NCBI GenBank assembly: GCA_963668175.1
Contig: OY764159.1
Span: 2,816,001 to 2,880,000 of the forward strand
Origin: Syntrophales bacterium
GTDB taxonomy: Bacteria; Desulfobacterota; Syntrophia; Syntrophales; PHBD01
DNA length: 64,000 bases
Direction: 5' to 3'
The position numbers and the translations under genes were made by a program. Positions 50,557 through 60,922 of the stretch are shown here, piece after piece; positions within the stretch are counted from its first letter, which is position 1; each line of letters begins with the position of its first letter. The notes below the pieces were generated by a model. That model worked only from the letters and a program-made list of their open reading frames with translations. It made no database searches and was not told the origin of the DNA.

Positions 50557-50879
50557 TTACGACGACTTCTGCCTCGCCTCGATGACCGCGACGATGGCCT
50601 GGACGACTTCGTCCACGGTGAGGTTCGACGAATCGACGATGACGGCGTCTTCCGGCGGCTTCAGGGGGGCCGTTTCCCGCTCCGTGTCCTGCCGGTCCCT
50701 GGCGACGATGTCCTTTTTTACCCGGTCGAGATCGGCTTCGCCTGATCGACCCCGGAGTTCCTTGTAGCGGCGCGATGCGCGTTCGTCGGCGTTGGCGTCG
50801 AGGTAGAACTTGAATTCGGCGTCGGGGAAGACGACCGTGCCCATGTCGCGCCCTTCGGCGACGACTCCGCCCCTGGCCG
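50557..50879 (-). pseudogene. cmk: Displaced 3' fragment of cmk
   Basis: Encodes RGGVVAEGRDMGTVVFPDA...IEARQKSS, a diverged copy of 51973-52295, lacking the P-loop half. Confidence 0.88.
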
Positions 50880-50932
50880 TCGCGGCGGTTATCGGCAGGA
50901 GGTAAAATCAACGCACGGGGGATATCCCGCTG

Positions 50933-51631
50933 TCATCGATTCATCATCGTTTCGATGGTCTTTTCGTCCGCATAACGCTTATCCCTCCTCAGAGGGCTCT
51001 CCCGTTTCACAAAGGCAAGGTCCACTTGCCACAAAGCGATATCCAGGGGTCGATAGAGGGGATCTAAAATATCGTAGACGACGAATCCGCTTTCCCGCAT
51101 ATAATCGATAACGTCGTGGAATTGTCCGAATAACGTGCTCTCGATGACGATATATTCCGTTTCTTCGAGAATCCGCCTTGCGCCGATAAGGACATCCAAT
51201 TCCCGACCGTCCACGTCTATCTTAATCAGATATGGTCCTTGCAGATTCCTTTCGGCACTTATGCTGTCCAAGGTAATGCCTGGGACGGTTCTGTAACAAT
51301 CGTCATCGTTCGGATCACGGGCATCGACGATAGCCGCGAATCTCCGATTGGGACTGACACTTAGCGTGACCGGCCCAATCCCCTTGGTTGCCGCGGCAAC
51401 GATTAATTCTGCGTCGTTCAGGTTTCTGCATATCTCGGTAAGCGCCAATTGGTGTTCCTGGACCGGCTCGATAAGCAGATGTTTCGATAACGGAAAACAC
51501 TCGTAAAATTCGTGTGTGCCCGTCTGCGCACCCACGTCTATGACGGTGCGCGGATAAAATCCCAGGCTTCGTATGGTATATAAGCTTCCCCGCTTGGTGT
51601 TTCGCGGCAGCTGGATTTCATGATCCGGCAT
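50933..51631 (-). CDS. FkbM family methyltransferase
   Basis: VIDVGAQTG, IEP, TLD and IKIDVDGRELDVL. Confidence 0.88.
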   Translation of the reverse strand: MPDHEIQLPRNTKRGSLYTIRSLGFYPRTVIDVGAQTGTHEFYECFPLSKHLLIEPVQEHQLALTEICRNLNDAELIVAAATKGIGPVTLSVSPNRRFAAIVDARDPNDDDCYRTVPGITLDSISAERNLQGPYLIKIDVDGRELDVLIGARRILEETEYIVIESTLFGQFHDVIDYMRESGFVVYDILDPLYRPLDIALWQVDLAFVKRESPLRRDKRYADEKTIETMMNR

Positions 51632-51972
51632 GGGGCATCCTGCTCCTTCGAAAACTGTCAGAATGGCGCTTCTCTTCGTCTAATCTGCAGTTTACGGATA
51701 AATCTCCGGTCGCTGGATTTGTCGGCTTACCCCCCTTTTAACTATCAGGAATATAAGACGAGGCGGCTCGGTTTGTCAATAATTTTAAATCACTGATGAT
51801 GTTGTGCGGTCTTGTCGGGATATCCATGGGGCAACATGTCAGGCGACAGGAAGCCCCATGTAAAAAATTACCCTTGAAACCCTGCGTGAAATGAATGAAA
51901 GCCGAAAGGGCATAACGAGCGCTTCAATTTCTGCGTCACGTGAAAGCGTATTTCCAGCCCGCCTCCGGCCGA

Positions 51973-53214
51973 CTATGCCGGTTTCCGGCGGCCTTCGATG
52001 GCCGAGACGATGGTTTGGACGACTTCGTCCACGGTGAGGCGGGACGAGTCGACGATCACGGCGTCGTCCGGGGGCTTCAGGGGGGCCGTTTCCCTTTGCG
52101 TGTCCTGCCGGTCCCTGGCGACGATGTCCTTTTTGACCCGGTCGAGATCGGCGTCGGCCTTGCGCCCCCGCAGTTCCTTGTAGCGGCGCGAGGCGCGCTC
52201 GTCGGCGTTGGCGTCGAGGTAGAACTTGAAATCGGCGTCGGGGAAGACGACCGTGCCCATGTCGCGCCCTTCGGCGACGACTCCGCCCCTGGCCGCCGCT
52301 TCGCGCTGGATGGCGAGCAACGCCTTGCGGACGACGGGCACGGCGGATACCTTCGAGGCAAGAAGCCCGATCTCCTCCGTGCGGATATGGGCCGTCACGT
52401 CTTCGCCGTCGACGAGGACGCAAAGCCCCGCATCCCCGTTCTTAAGCTCGATTCGGGCGCGGCCGAGAAACCCGGCGAGCCCGTCGGCGTCTTCCGGGGC
52501 GATGCCTCTCTTCTTCGACGCATACGCGACGGCGCGGTAAATGGCTCCCGTGTCGAGGTAGATGCAGGACAGACGCTTCGCGAGGGCCTTGCTCACGGTG
52601 CTCTTCCCGGCCCCGGCGGGTCCGTCGATCGTGACGACCATCTTCTTTCCGCTGCCGGCGGGCGCGGCCTTTTCCGCTTCTATGTCGCTGCGGTAACGTG
52701 TGGCGACGGGGCCGTCCTTCCGCCAGAGCCAGCAGCTGTCGATGATCATGGACTGATCCGTCCTGGGCATGTTGACCCGCCCGTCCTCACGGATGCGGCT
52801 GTAATAGGACCAGAGCGCCTGGACGGCAGCCGAGCCCATGGAAAGGATGAGGTTGTTGAGATGCAGGCAGCCCTGGGTCCTGCCGAAAATGGTTCTGACT
52901 TCGTGCTTGAAGCCGGAGTTGATGCTCAGGCCCTTCAATTTCTGGAGCGTCGGGAGGATCTCCGTACATTCCTGCATGGGCGTGTTCGGCATCTCGACTT
53001 CGGCGTCGAGGATTTCCAGTTTCGGGATGGAAAGCGTCAGGGAAACGACCATCTTGTGAACGATACTGGGGTCGCGGTAGACTTTCGTCGTATAGAAGAA
53101 GAACGGGAAGAAGCGTTCGTCGGTCAGCGTGCCCGTCACGAGCAGGCGGTCGTCGTCGATCTCGTAGCAGCGGGTGATGATGTCTCTCTCGTGAATCAGC
53201 TCTTTCTTGCTCAA
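51973..53214 (-). CDS. cmk: Cytidylate kinase with N-terminal DUF2889-like domain
   Basis: C-terminal IDGPAGAGKST, DTGAIYR and EGRDMGTVVFP. N-terminal IHERDI...LTDERF...GCLHL...IDSC. Confidence 0.88.
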   Translation of the reverse strand: MSKKELIHERDIITRCYEIDDDRLLVTGTLTDERFFPFFFYTTKVYRDPSIVHKMVVSLTLSIPKLEILDAEVEMPNTPMQECTEILPTLQKLKGLSINSGFKHEVRTIFGRTQGCLHLNNLILSMGSAAVQALWSYYSRIREDGRVNMPRTDQSMIIDSCWLWRKDGPVATRYRSDIEAEKAAPAGSGKKMVVTIDGPAGAGKSTVSKALAKRLSCIYLDTGAIYRAVAYASKKRGIAPEDADGLAGFLGRARIELKNGDAGLCVLVDGEDVTAHIRTEEIGLLASKVSAVPVVRKALLAIQREAAARGGVVAEGRDMGTVVFPDADFKFYLDANADERASRRYKELRGRKADADLDRVKKDIVARDRQDTQRETAPLKPPDDAVIVDSSRLTVDEVVQTIVSAIEGRRKPA

Positions 53215-53243
53215 GGCGGGAATCCCTCTCTTTTCCTTTCAAA

Positions 53244-54260
53244 TCAGAATCCCAGTTCCTCGGCGTACGAGAACTGGCGCTGCCAGGGTATGCCGGGATG
53301 GGTTTTGCTGAAGACGTCGCGGCCCACGATCTTGACGGACTCGGCGTCGACCTCGACGGGGTGGCAGCCTCCTACGTAGCCGGCATCGGGCGCGATGCGC
53401 GGGTTCTTGCCCGGCAGGCAGTCGCAGTCCGCCGTGATGTTCAGGACGGCGTTCACCAGGACGGACTTCTTTTCGATTTTCTCCCAGACGGCTGCTGCCG
53501 TCTCCACGAGCTTCTCCTGGAAGACGTTCATGTCCGTCTCCCAGATAATCTCCAGGGCGACAGTGGGACACTGGGCGATGCACTGGGCGCAGCCGATGCA
53601 CAGATCGAGGTCGTAGGTGGGGAAGGCGTCGTCGTCCATGCAGGCGGCCCCCGTCGGGCAGACCTCGACGCAGACGCCGCAGCGGGTGCAGAGCTCCGTG
53701 TCAAGGATGGGACGGACGTCGGCGTGCATCCGCTGCTTCTGGGCGCGGGACGCGAAGCCCATGGACAGGTTCTTGATCGCCCCGCCGAAGCCCGAGGCCA
53801 GGTGCCCCTTGAAATGGGAGAAGATGAAGAAGCCGTCGGCTTCGCTAAAGACGTCCGCCACCTGGACGGTCTTGAAATGTTTGTAGTCCGTCTTGAGATC
53901 GACGACCTTGCGGCCGTCCATCCCGTCGGCGATGACGACAGGGCAGCCGAGGAACGACTCGCTGTAGCCGTTCTGCCGGGCCGTCTCCAGGGAGTCGGCG
54001 GCGTTTCTCCGGCCGCCGCTGTAGAGGACCGTCGTGTCGAAGATGAAGGGCTTGGTCTTCTTCTCCGTGAGCCAGCGGACGATCTCCCGGGCCAGGGCCG
54101 GCGGCAGGAAGCTGATATTGCCGCGCTCGCCCCAGTGAAGCTTGATGCCGACGCGGTCGCCGGCCTTGAAAGGGGCCTTCATTTGATCGAGAAGCTTCCT
54201 GAGGGCCTCGACCGACTTCGCGTCCACCCCTTCCGCCTTCTGAAACAGCAAATCGCCCAT
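53244..54260 (-). CDS. DUF362 domain Fe-S protein with 2x[4Fe-4S] ferredoxin
   Basis: IKLHWGERGN, SHFKGH, GGAIKNLSMG, two CxxCxxCxxxCP motifs and DCDC. Confidence 0.9.
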   Translation of the reverse strand: MGDLLFQKAEGVDAKSVEALRKLLDQMKAPFKAGDRVGIKLHWGERGNISFLPPALAREIVRWLTEKKTKPFIFDTTVLYSGGRRNAADSLETARQNGYSESFLGCPVVIADGMDGRKVVDLKTDYKHFKTVQVADVFSEADGFFIFSHFKGHLASGFGGAIKNLSMGFASRAQKQRMHADVRPILDTELCTRCGVCVEVCPTGAACMDDDAFPTYDLDLCIGCAQCIAQCPTVALEIIWETDMNVFQEKLVETAAAVWEKIEKKSVLVNAVLNITADCDCLPGKNPRIAPDAGYVGGCHPVEVDAESVKIVGRDVFSKTHPGIPWQRQFSYAEELGF

Positions 54261-54349
54261 AAAACCTCCGATTGGTTTTTTTATTCATATTCGGCTGGCG
54301 CGTGAGAAAAAAAGCCTCCCGCTGCCCACCGCCCTATTGCTGCCACGTT

Positions 54350-54655
54350 TAGCAGCTTGTTGAAAAATTCGATTTTGAACCCCCTATGCAAGGGGCACGT
54401 CACCTGAAGGTGATAAACAGGCTGCTTGCCCCCTTCAGGGGGTTCAAAAAGTCCAGCTGTAAGGTTTATCCCCTTTAGGGGACGCGCAAAAAGCCCCCCC
54501 TGCGGGGGGCGTCACCTGAAGGTGATAAACAACGAGAATCAGGCATACCTGTGAGTATGTCGATTGACGAGGCTTGCCCCCTCGGCGGGGGCGCAGCAGC
54601 GCAACGCGCCATATGGAATATCTTACGATATCGGGCGTTTTTCAACAGCCTGTCA
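54350..54655. mobile_element. MITE-like element, copy 2, expanded by micro-hairpin inserts
   Basis: Ends GCAGCTTGTTGAAAAA ... TTTTTCAACAGCCTGT. Colinear with the reverse complement of 4832-5033; abuts the acyl-CoA dehydrogenase stop codon. Confidence 0.78.
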
Positions 54656-56347
54656 AGGATTCATCTCGTAAACGTCCTTCAACGCGTACACGAACTCATT
54701 GCATACTCTGTCGTACCGGGCCTTGTCAACATTGGGTTTGCGGATCATTTTCAGGCAGTGCTCCATCTGCACCGGCGTGCTGCTCGGCTTGCTGTAGAGC
54801 TGCAGGGCGTAGCGGGAGAAGTCCCGGACGATGAAGTCGAATATCTGGTCGAGCAGATCCTTGTCTACATTGTATATCAAGGCGTTTTCCAGGATGAGCT
54901 GGCCGTAGACGACGCACGTGAAGAGCTCGCCCAAAATCAGGAGGAAGTCGATGTCCTCCGTCTGCTCCTTGTTGGGGGTCGCCTTGAGCAGGAAGGACCT
55001 GAAGACCTCGATCTGTTCCTTCACGATCTGCACGTTGGGCAGGTCGAACTTGCCGTAGGCGATGTTGAAGTCGTGGAACTGGATCTTGCCCAGGCCCTTC
55101 GTCGCGCCCTGGTTGAAGAGGAACGTGTCGTCCGCGGGGTCGGTCCGCTTCGGCACCTCGGGGAACTGGCCGGGATTGAAGAAATAGTTCGCCATGAACT
55201 TGATGATGAGCGCCATGTTGACGTGGGCTGTCCCTTCCAGCTTCGGGAGCGCCCGGATGTCCCGCGCCGCCATCTCGAAGTAGGTGTCTTTCTCGAAGCC
55301 CTTGGCGGCGATGATGTCCCACAGGAGGTTGATGACCTCCTCGCCCTGCATGGTGACCTTCATCTTCACCATGGGGTTGTAGAGGAGGTAGCGCCGGTCC
55401 GTTTCGGACGCGGAGCGCATGTAGTCGATGCCCCGGAGCGCAAAGAGGCGCATGGCGACCAGCCGCGTGTAGGCGTCGACGAAAAGCTGCCTCACCTGCG
55501 GGAATTCCGTGACGAACTTGCCGTAGAGGTTCCGGTGGGAGGCGTGGTTGATGGACTCGTAGAAGGCGTGCGTGCAGATGCCGATGGTGGCCCAACCGAG
55601 GTTGAACTTGCCCACGTTCACGGTGTTCAAGGAATTGTCCCAGGCCTCCCGGCCGCGCGCGAGGATGTCCGCATCGGCGATGGGATAGTCGTGGAGGTAA
55701 TATTCGGCGACGAAGTTCTGGCTCGCGACGACGTTCTTCACCAGCTCGAACCTCTCGTGATGGGAATCGACGGCGAAGAAGACGTAGTCGCCCGTGTCGG
55801 CCATCTTCCCGAAGGTGGAGACGATGACCGCCTCGTTGCCGTTGCCGATGTAGTACTTGTCGCCCTCCGCGAAATATTTCCCGCCGCCCTGCGGCTTCAG
55901 CATCATGTCCGTCGAATAGATGTCCGCGCCGTGCTCCTTCTCGGAGAGCCCGAAGGCGAAGATGCGGCCGTATTTGAGATGCTGCGCCGTCTTCTTCTTG
56001 ACCTCCTCGTTTCGGCTCATCCAGATGGGTCCCAGGCCGAGGATGGAGACCTGCCAGGTGTACCAGTAGGGGAGCCCGTAAAATCCGAGGATTTCGTTGA
56101 ACTCGCAGTTCCGCCACGTGTCCCAGCGGTCCTGCCCCGAACCGTATGCCGCCGGCGTCAGGAGGGTGGCGAATATCTTGTTCTCCTTCACGAACTGGAG
56201 GAAATCGTCGTACCAGACGCGCCACTGGTCATCCTCCTTGAGGCGCCGTTTGCCCTTTCTCTCGAAAAACTTGATCGTCTTTTCCATGATGTCCCGCGAT
56301 GTTTCGTCGGGACAACTGCTTGCGAATTTCCTGGGATTGAACAGCAT
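54653..56347 (-). CDS. Acyl-CoA dehydrogenase family protein
   Basis: AFGLSEKEHGAD, GDKYYIGNGN and LPKLEGTAHVN. Confidence 0.93.
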   Translation of the reverse strand: MLFNPRKFASSCPDETSRDIMEKTIKFFERKGKRRLKEDDQWRVWYDDFLQFVKENKIFATLLTPAAYGSGQDRWDTWRNCEFNEILGFYGLPYWYTWQVSILGLGPIWMSRNEEVKKKTAQHLKYGRIFAFGLSEKEHGADIYSTDMMLKPQGGGKYFAEGDKYYIGNGNEAVIVSTFGKMADTGDYVFFAVDSHHERFELVKNVVASQNFVAEYYLHDYPIADADILARGREAWDNSLNTVNVGKFNLGWATIGICTHAFYESINHASHRNLYGKFVTEFPQVRQLFVDAYTRLVAMRLFALRGIDYMRSASETDRRYLLYNPMVKMKVTMQGEEVINLLWDIIAAKGFEKDTYFEMAARDIRALPKLEGTAHVNMALIIKFMANYFFNPGQFPEVPKRTDPADDTFLFNQGATKGLGKIQFHDFNIAYGKFDLPNVQIVKEQIEVFRSFLLKATPNKEQTEDIDFLLILGELFTCVVYGQLILENALIYNVDKDLLDQIFDFIVRDFSRYALQLYSKPSSTPVQMEHCLKMIRKPNVDKARYDRVCNEFVYALKDVYEMNP

Positions 56348-56530
56348 GCCTGATGCTCCTTTTTTTTGAGGGCGGGGTTACAGCCCGGTCCATTCCGTTA
56401 ATCCATCCAAACGATACTCCTGCCGCTTCTTCCGTTATCCTTTTTCACGCCGCCGCAGAGGGGCGACGCTTCTTATTCACGGGCGAAAGTCTTCGCCGGA
56501 AAAGCATTTGTGCCGAAGCCGGGGCTTCCT

Positions 56531-56983
56531 TCAGCAGGGCACCGGCGAATACGAGACGACGATCGTCCTGTTCAGGAGGCGGTCGCCGACCCTGGATGCG
56601 CTGACGAGGCAGGGGACGTCGCTGCCGTCGCTGTGGCGGCATGTGAATCTCTCCGTGTGGATGCGGTCCCTCTCCAGGGCGGGATAGAAAAGCCGTGCGA
56701 TTTCCTCGAACTCCTCGTCCGACCGGTACAGGACGCGCGTCGTCCCGCCGATCAGGGCCTCCGGATCCAGGCCGAAGACGAGTTTCACGCCGTTGTTGGC
56801 GAAGATGATGTTGCGGTCCCGAAGGCCGAGAACGGCGCAGGGGATTGCGTCGAGGATGGACGCCATGAGGATCTTGAGCTCGTCGCGGCCTTCCGCCTTC
56901 TCCGTCCGCGCCACCCGGCGGCGGAGATCGTTCAGTTCTTCGATCAGCACGTCTTTCGGTCTGTCTTCGTCTTTCATACCCAT
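56531..56983 (-). CDS. Stand-alone PAS domain protein
   Basis: Coiled-coil N-terminus (LIEELNDLRRRV), then ILDAIPCAV...FANNG PAS fold. Confidence 0.8.
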   Translation of the reverse strand: MGMKDEDRPKDVLIEELNDLRRRVARTEKAEGRDELKILMASILDAIPCAVLGLRDRNIIFANNGVKLVFGLDPEALIGGTTRVLYRSDEEFEEIARLFYPALERDRIHTERFTCRHSDGSDVPCLVSASRVGDRLLNRTIVVSYSPVPC

Positions 56984-57355
56984 GTTCTCCTCTCTCGTAT
57001 AGAACCTCGCGTTCGGCCCGGGAGGGAACGCCGTCCGCATGCCCTTCCGCCAGTCTCAAACACGCAGAATCGGACCAAGGTACGCAAGGATCATTGCCAA
57101 GGATCGAAATGGATTATCCGGATGGCCGTAAGGAATGCAAAGCGTCTGGAGAAATTCGCTGCTCGGGAAAGCCCCCGCCGATCGGAACAACGGCGGCAAG
57201 ACGCCGTTTCGCATCCGGACGTTTCCGGACGGTCGCGGACGATGGGTATCATCGGATCAGGATGTTTTTCGCCGCTGAAAGGAGTGTAACACAGCTCACC
57301 GGGCAAGGCAATCATGTTCTCTTGCGTCTGCAGCGCCCCGGTGAGGGCGGAAGCG

Positions 57356-59746
57356 TTAGAAGCCGTTAGCCCGTTCCCGGCCGGCCGCTCGGTTTCCGTC
57401 GGCATCGCGGTGGATGCTTTCCATTGCCGCGAGGAACCGGTCCCAGCGGCGGCGCGCCTCCTGAAGGAGGGCGGCGAGTTTAGGGCCGTCCTTGGCTGAG
57501 GCCGCCTGCTCGATCCTGACGAAACTGTCGTGGAGGGGACCCGCGCAGATCGTTCCGGAAGAGCCCTTGAGACGGTGGGCGATGCGTTCGATCTGGCGAA
57601 AATTCCGGCAGACCGACGCCTGCGAGATGACTTCGAACTGGATGGGGATATCGGCGGTAAAAATGTCGAGGAGGTCTTTCATCATCTCCTGTTTTCCGCC
57701 GATCCTTTTCAGGAGGGCCGCGGCGTCGAAATCGCAGCCGAGGTCCGTCCTTGCCGGCGCCGCGTCATACGGTTCCTGCCCTTCTCCGTCGATAAGGCGA
57801 GACACGGCCTTGAGGACCTGGTCCGGCTCGACGGGTTTGGCGATGTACTCGTCCATGCCGGCCATGAGGCACAGCTGCCTGTCCTCTTCCGTCGCAAAGG
57901 CGGTAAGTCCGATGATCGGCGTATGCCGTCCGCTTCCCTTTTCGCGGTTGCGGATCATCAGGGCCGCCTCGATGCCGTCCATTTCCGGCATCTGCACATC
58001 CATGATGACGGCGTCGTAGATGCCGGCGTCGCAGGCATCCAGCGCGTCCTTGCCGTTGCCCGCCGCATCGACGAGATAACCGGCGTCATGGAGGATGCTG
58101 ACCAGGACTTTCATATTGATGAGGTTGTCTTCCGCGACGAGAACCCTTCTCGGCGGCCTGCCGTTTTCGTTTTTCCCTTCCGGACGGACCGTTTCGGCGT
58201 CCTTGACGCCCGGGCCGTACTGGCGCGCCGGCGTCGTCAGGCAGTATACGAGGCGGCTCATCGTTACGGGTTTGTAAAGGAGCTTGTATCCCCGCTCCCG
58301 GACGGCCATTTCCGTCCGCGTGTTCCGCCGGGACACCATGATCACGACGTCCTGCCTGTCGAAGAGCCCGCGGCTCGTCAGGGTATCGGCGAAGATCACG
58401 GCATCCATGTCGGCCAGGCGCGCATCGACGACCGCCGCCTGGAAAGGATCGCCGCTTCGGGCGGCGGAGGCCGCGGCGGACAGCCCGTCCTTGCCGGTCT
58501 CCATTCCGCTCACTTCGCACCCGAGGGTCGCGAGGTATTCGCCGACGGCGTTTCTCACGGCCGCCGAGGGATCGACGATCAGAATCTTCGTGCCGGGCTG
58601 CACCGGCGAAGACGGCCGGTCGGCCCCGGCCAGGGGGTTCTTGCCCATGACCGCCGTGAACGCAAAGACGGACCCCCTGCCCTCTTCGCTTTCGGCGGTC
58701 AGCGCGCCGCCCATCATCTCGGCAAGCTTCCTCGATATGGCGAGCCCCAGCCCCGTCCCCCCGTATTTCCTGGTCGTGGAAGCGTCGACCTGGGCGAAGG
58801 ACTGGAATATCCGCTCCATGCTGTCCTTCGGGATGCCGATGCCCGTATCCCTGACTTCGAAGCGGAGCGTGACGCGGTCGATGTCTTCGTTTTCAAGGCC
58901 GACCGAAAGGATGACCTCGCCTTCCTGTGTGAACTTGACGGCGTTGCCGATGAGATTCGTCAGGATCTGGCGCAGCCGGTTGTAGTCGCCCTTCAGGCAT
59001 TTCGGGACGCCGCCCGCGATGCGGCAGACGAGGTCCAGCCCCTTTTCGTGGGCCTGGACGGCCATTATGTCCATGAGTTCGTCGATTTCCTTGTAGAGAT
59101 TGAAGTCGGCGATTTCCAGTTCCATGCGCTCCGCTTCGATCTTGGAAAAATCGAGCACATGGTTGACGATATGGAGGAGCGACCGGGCCGAGGCCTGGAT
59201 GGTTTCGGCGTATTCCCGCTGGTCCGGCCGGAGGGGCGTGCGCAGGAGGAGGCTCGTCATGCCGATGATGCCGTTCATCGGCGTCCGTATCTCGTGGCTC
59301 ATGTGGGCCACGAACTGCGTCTTCGCCCGGCTCGCCGCTTCGATCTCCTCCATGCGGAGGCGGTCCTGCCGGAGGCGCTTCTGTTCCATGGCATGGAGCG
59401 ACGATGCTCCCAGGCGAGCGATCCTGTCTTTGAGGAGGTAGTCGCTGGCGCCCTGTTTCATGCATTCCGCCGCGATTTCGTCGCCTACGGCCCCGGTCAC
59501 GACGATAAAGGGGATGTCCAGGTTTCTTTCCTTCATCAATTGGAGGGCGTGGAGCGCTCCAAACCGCGCCAGGGCGTAATCGGACAGGATGAGGTCGTAT
59601 CCGCGGCTCAGGAGGGAGAGGTATTCGTCCTCCGTCTTCACGGAGCGGTAATCGACGGCCTTCCAGACCTTCATGAGCTCGCAAACCATCGATTCGACGT
59701 CGGTTGGATTGTCTCCGATAATCAGGACGCGCAGGATATCCATCAT
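57356..59746 (-). CDS. Hybrid histidine kinase (REC-HisKA-HATPase-REC-REC-Hpt)
   Basis: [43 protein letters not shown] and AHRLKGSS. Confidence 0.95.
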   Translation of the reverse strand: MMDILRVLIIGDNPTDVESMVCELMKVWKAVDYRSVKTEDEYLSLLSRGYDLILSDYALARFGALHALQLMKERNLDIPFIVVTGAVGDEIAAECMKQGASDYLLKDRIARLGASSLHAMEQKRLRQDRLRMEEIEAASRAKTQFVAHMSHEIRTPMNGIIGMTSLLLRTPLRPDQREYAETIQASARSLLHIVNHVLDFSKIEAERMELEIADFNLYKEIDELMDIMAVQAHEKGLDLVCRIAGGVPKCLKGDYNRLRQILTNLIGNAVKFTQEGEVILSVGLENEDIDRVTLRFEVRDTGIGIPKDSMERIFQSFAQVDASTTRKYGGTGLGLAISRKLAEMMGGALTAESEEGRGSVFAFTAVMGKNPLAGADRPSSPVQPGTKILIVDPSAAVRNAVGEYLATLGCEVSGMETGKDGLSAAASAARSGDPFQAAVVDARLADMDAVIFADTLTSRGLFDRQDVVIMVSRRNTRTEMAVRERGYKLLYKPVTMSRLVYCLTTPARQYGPGVKDAETVRPEGKNENGRPPRRVLVAEDNLINMKVLVSILHDAGYLVDAAGNGKDALDACDAGIYDAVIMDVQMPEMDGIEAALMIRNREKGSGRHTPIIGLTAFATEEDRQLCLMAGMDEYIAKPVEPDQVLKAVSRLIDGEGQEPYDAAPARTDLGCDFDAAALLKRIGGKQEMMKDLLDIFTADIPIQFEVISQASVCRNFRQIERIAHRLKGSSGTICAGPLHDSFVRIEQAASAKDGPKLAALLQEARRRWDRFLAAMESIHRDADGNRAAGRERANGF

Positions 59747-60049
59747 GGTCCGGTCTCCGCATTACAGATTGTTTTTGAAGAAAGGCAGCGGCGGTTATAA
59801 CTGCCCGATGCCGCAAGGATATTACGATAAATGAAGATCGTTATCAAGGTTTATTTATGTACGACAAGGCTTTACGGACGCCGGGGGCCCTGTATCCCGC
59901 GATACGCGGGCATTGCGACGAAGGCGGGCCTTTTTGCTTGACAGAAGGCACGATGATTTGAGAAAAATGACTGGACGTCTTATGGATGTCCGCTCGTCGG
60001 GATGGCCGTATCAAGCGGACTTCGGTCGTACCCGCTGAGGTTAGGTGCA

Positions 60050-60670
60050 ATGCTGTTTCCAAAGACAGAGAATTTCTCCGATCTCTACGAAGAGTTGGCT
60101 GACAATATCGAGCGGAGCGGTCTGTTGTTTATGGAAATGCTCCGTCATTACGACCGCGCCGACGAATATGTCGCGAGGCTTTCCGCCGTCGAGAACGAGG
60201 CCGACTCCGTGACCCACAAGATCTACCGGAAGCTTCACCAAACGTTCATTACCCCCCTCGACAGGGAAGATCTCTACGCCCTGGTCAACAAGATGGACAA
60301 CATCGTCGATATGATCGACACGTGCGCCGAACGCATGGGATTGTACAAGGTCGGATCGCCCGATGCGATGCTCGGGGATCTTGTCCGGGTCATGAACGAG
60401 GCCATCGTCCTCGTGAAGCGGCTTATTTACGATATGAGAAAGCGTAAGGCGAACCACGACATCATCCTCGGCAACTGCAGCCGCATCGACGAGTTGGAAA
60501 CCGAAGGGGACCATATCCTGCGTGGGGCCATGCAGCGCCTTTTCGAGCAGAAGACCGATGCGATCGAATTGATCAAATGGAAGGACATCTTCGAGCGCAT
60601 CGAAGATGCGATCGACACCTGCCGCGACGTGTCCTCCGTCGTGGAAGGCATGATTCTGAAGTACGGATAA
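60050..60670 (+). CDS. DUF47 (PhoU-like, Pit accessory) protein
   Basis: ENEAD, TFITPLDREDL, IDELETEGD and IKWKDIFERIEDAIDTC. Confidence 0.9.
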   Translation: MLFPKTENFSDLYEELADNIERSGLLFMEMLRHYDRADEYVARLSAVENEADSVTHKIYRKLHQTFITPLDREDLYALVNKMDNIVDMIDTCAERMGLYKVGSPDAMLGDLVRVMNEAIVLVKRLIYDMRKRKANHDIILGNCSRIDELETEGDHILRGAMQRLFEQKTDAIELIKWKDIFERIEDAIDTCRDVSSVVEGMILKYG

Positions 60671-60922
60671 AGCAGAATATTGAAACATCTTAAAGCAAAA
60701 CGTTTTTCTACTGTTGTTGTTAAGACCCTCCTCCACGCGGACCAGGAACGCCCCTTCGTTTCTTTTCCGGAAATTCTCCACGACATATATCCCAATAAAA
60801 CGAACGCCGGTTATCGCTTGCCGGTGCGGAATAACAGATCGAAATTCGTCAGAATTGCGGACGGACGGGGCCCGCATATGCCCCTGTCTTCAGCGATAAT
60901 TTTTTAAAAGAGGAGAAAAGCT

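Noticed and set aside
39100..51972. Integron cassette array
   Set aside because: Genes are co-oriented, but I found no recurring attC-like inverted repeats and no intI.
44528..52295. Diversity-generating retroelement TR/VR pairs, suggested by the two duplications
   Set aside because: Differences are mostly synonymous and not adenine-specific; no reverse transcriptase gene.
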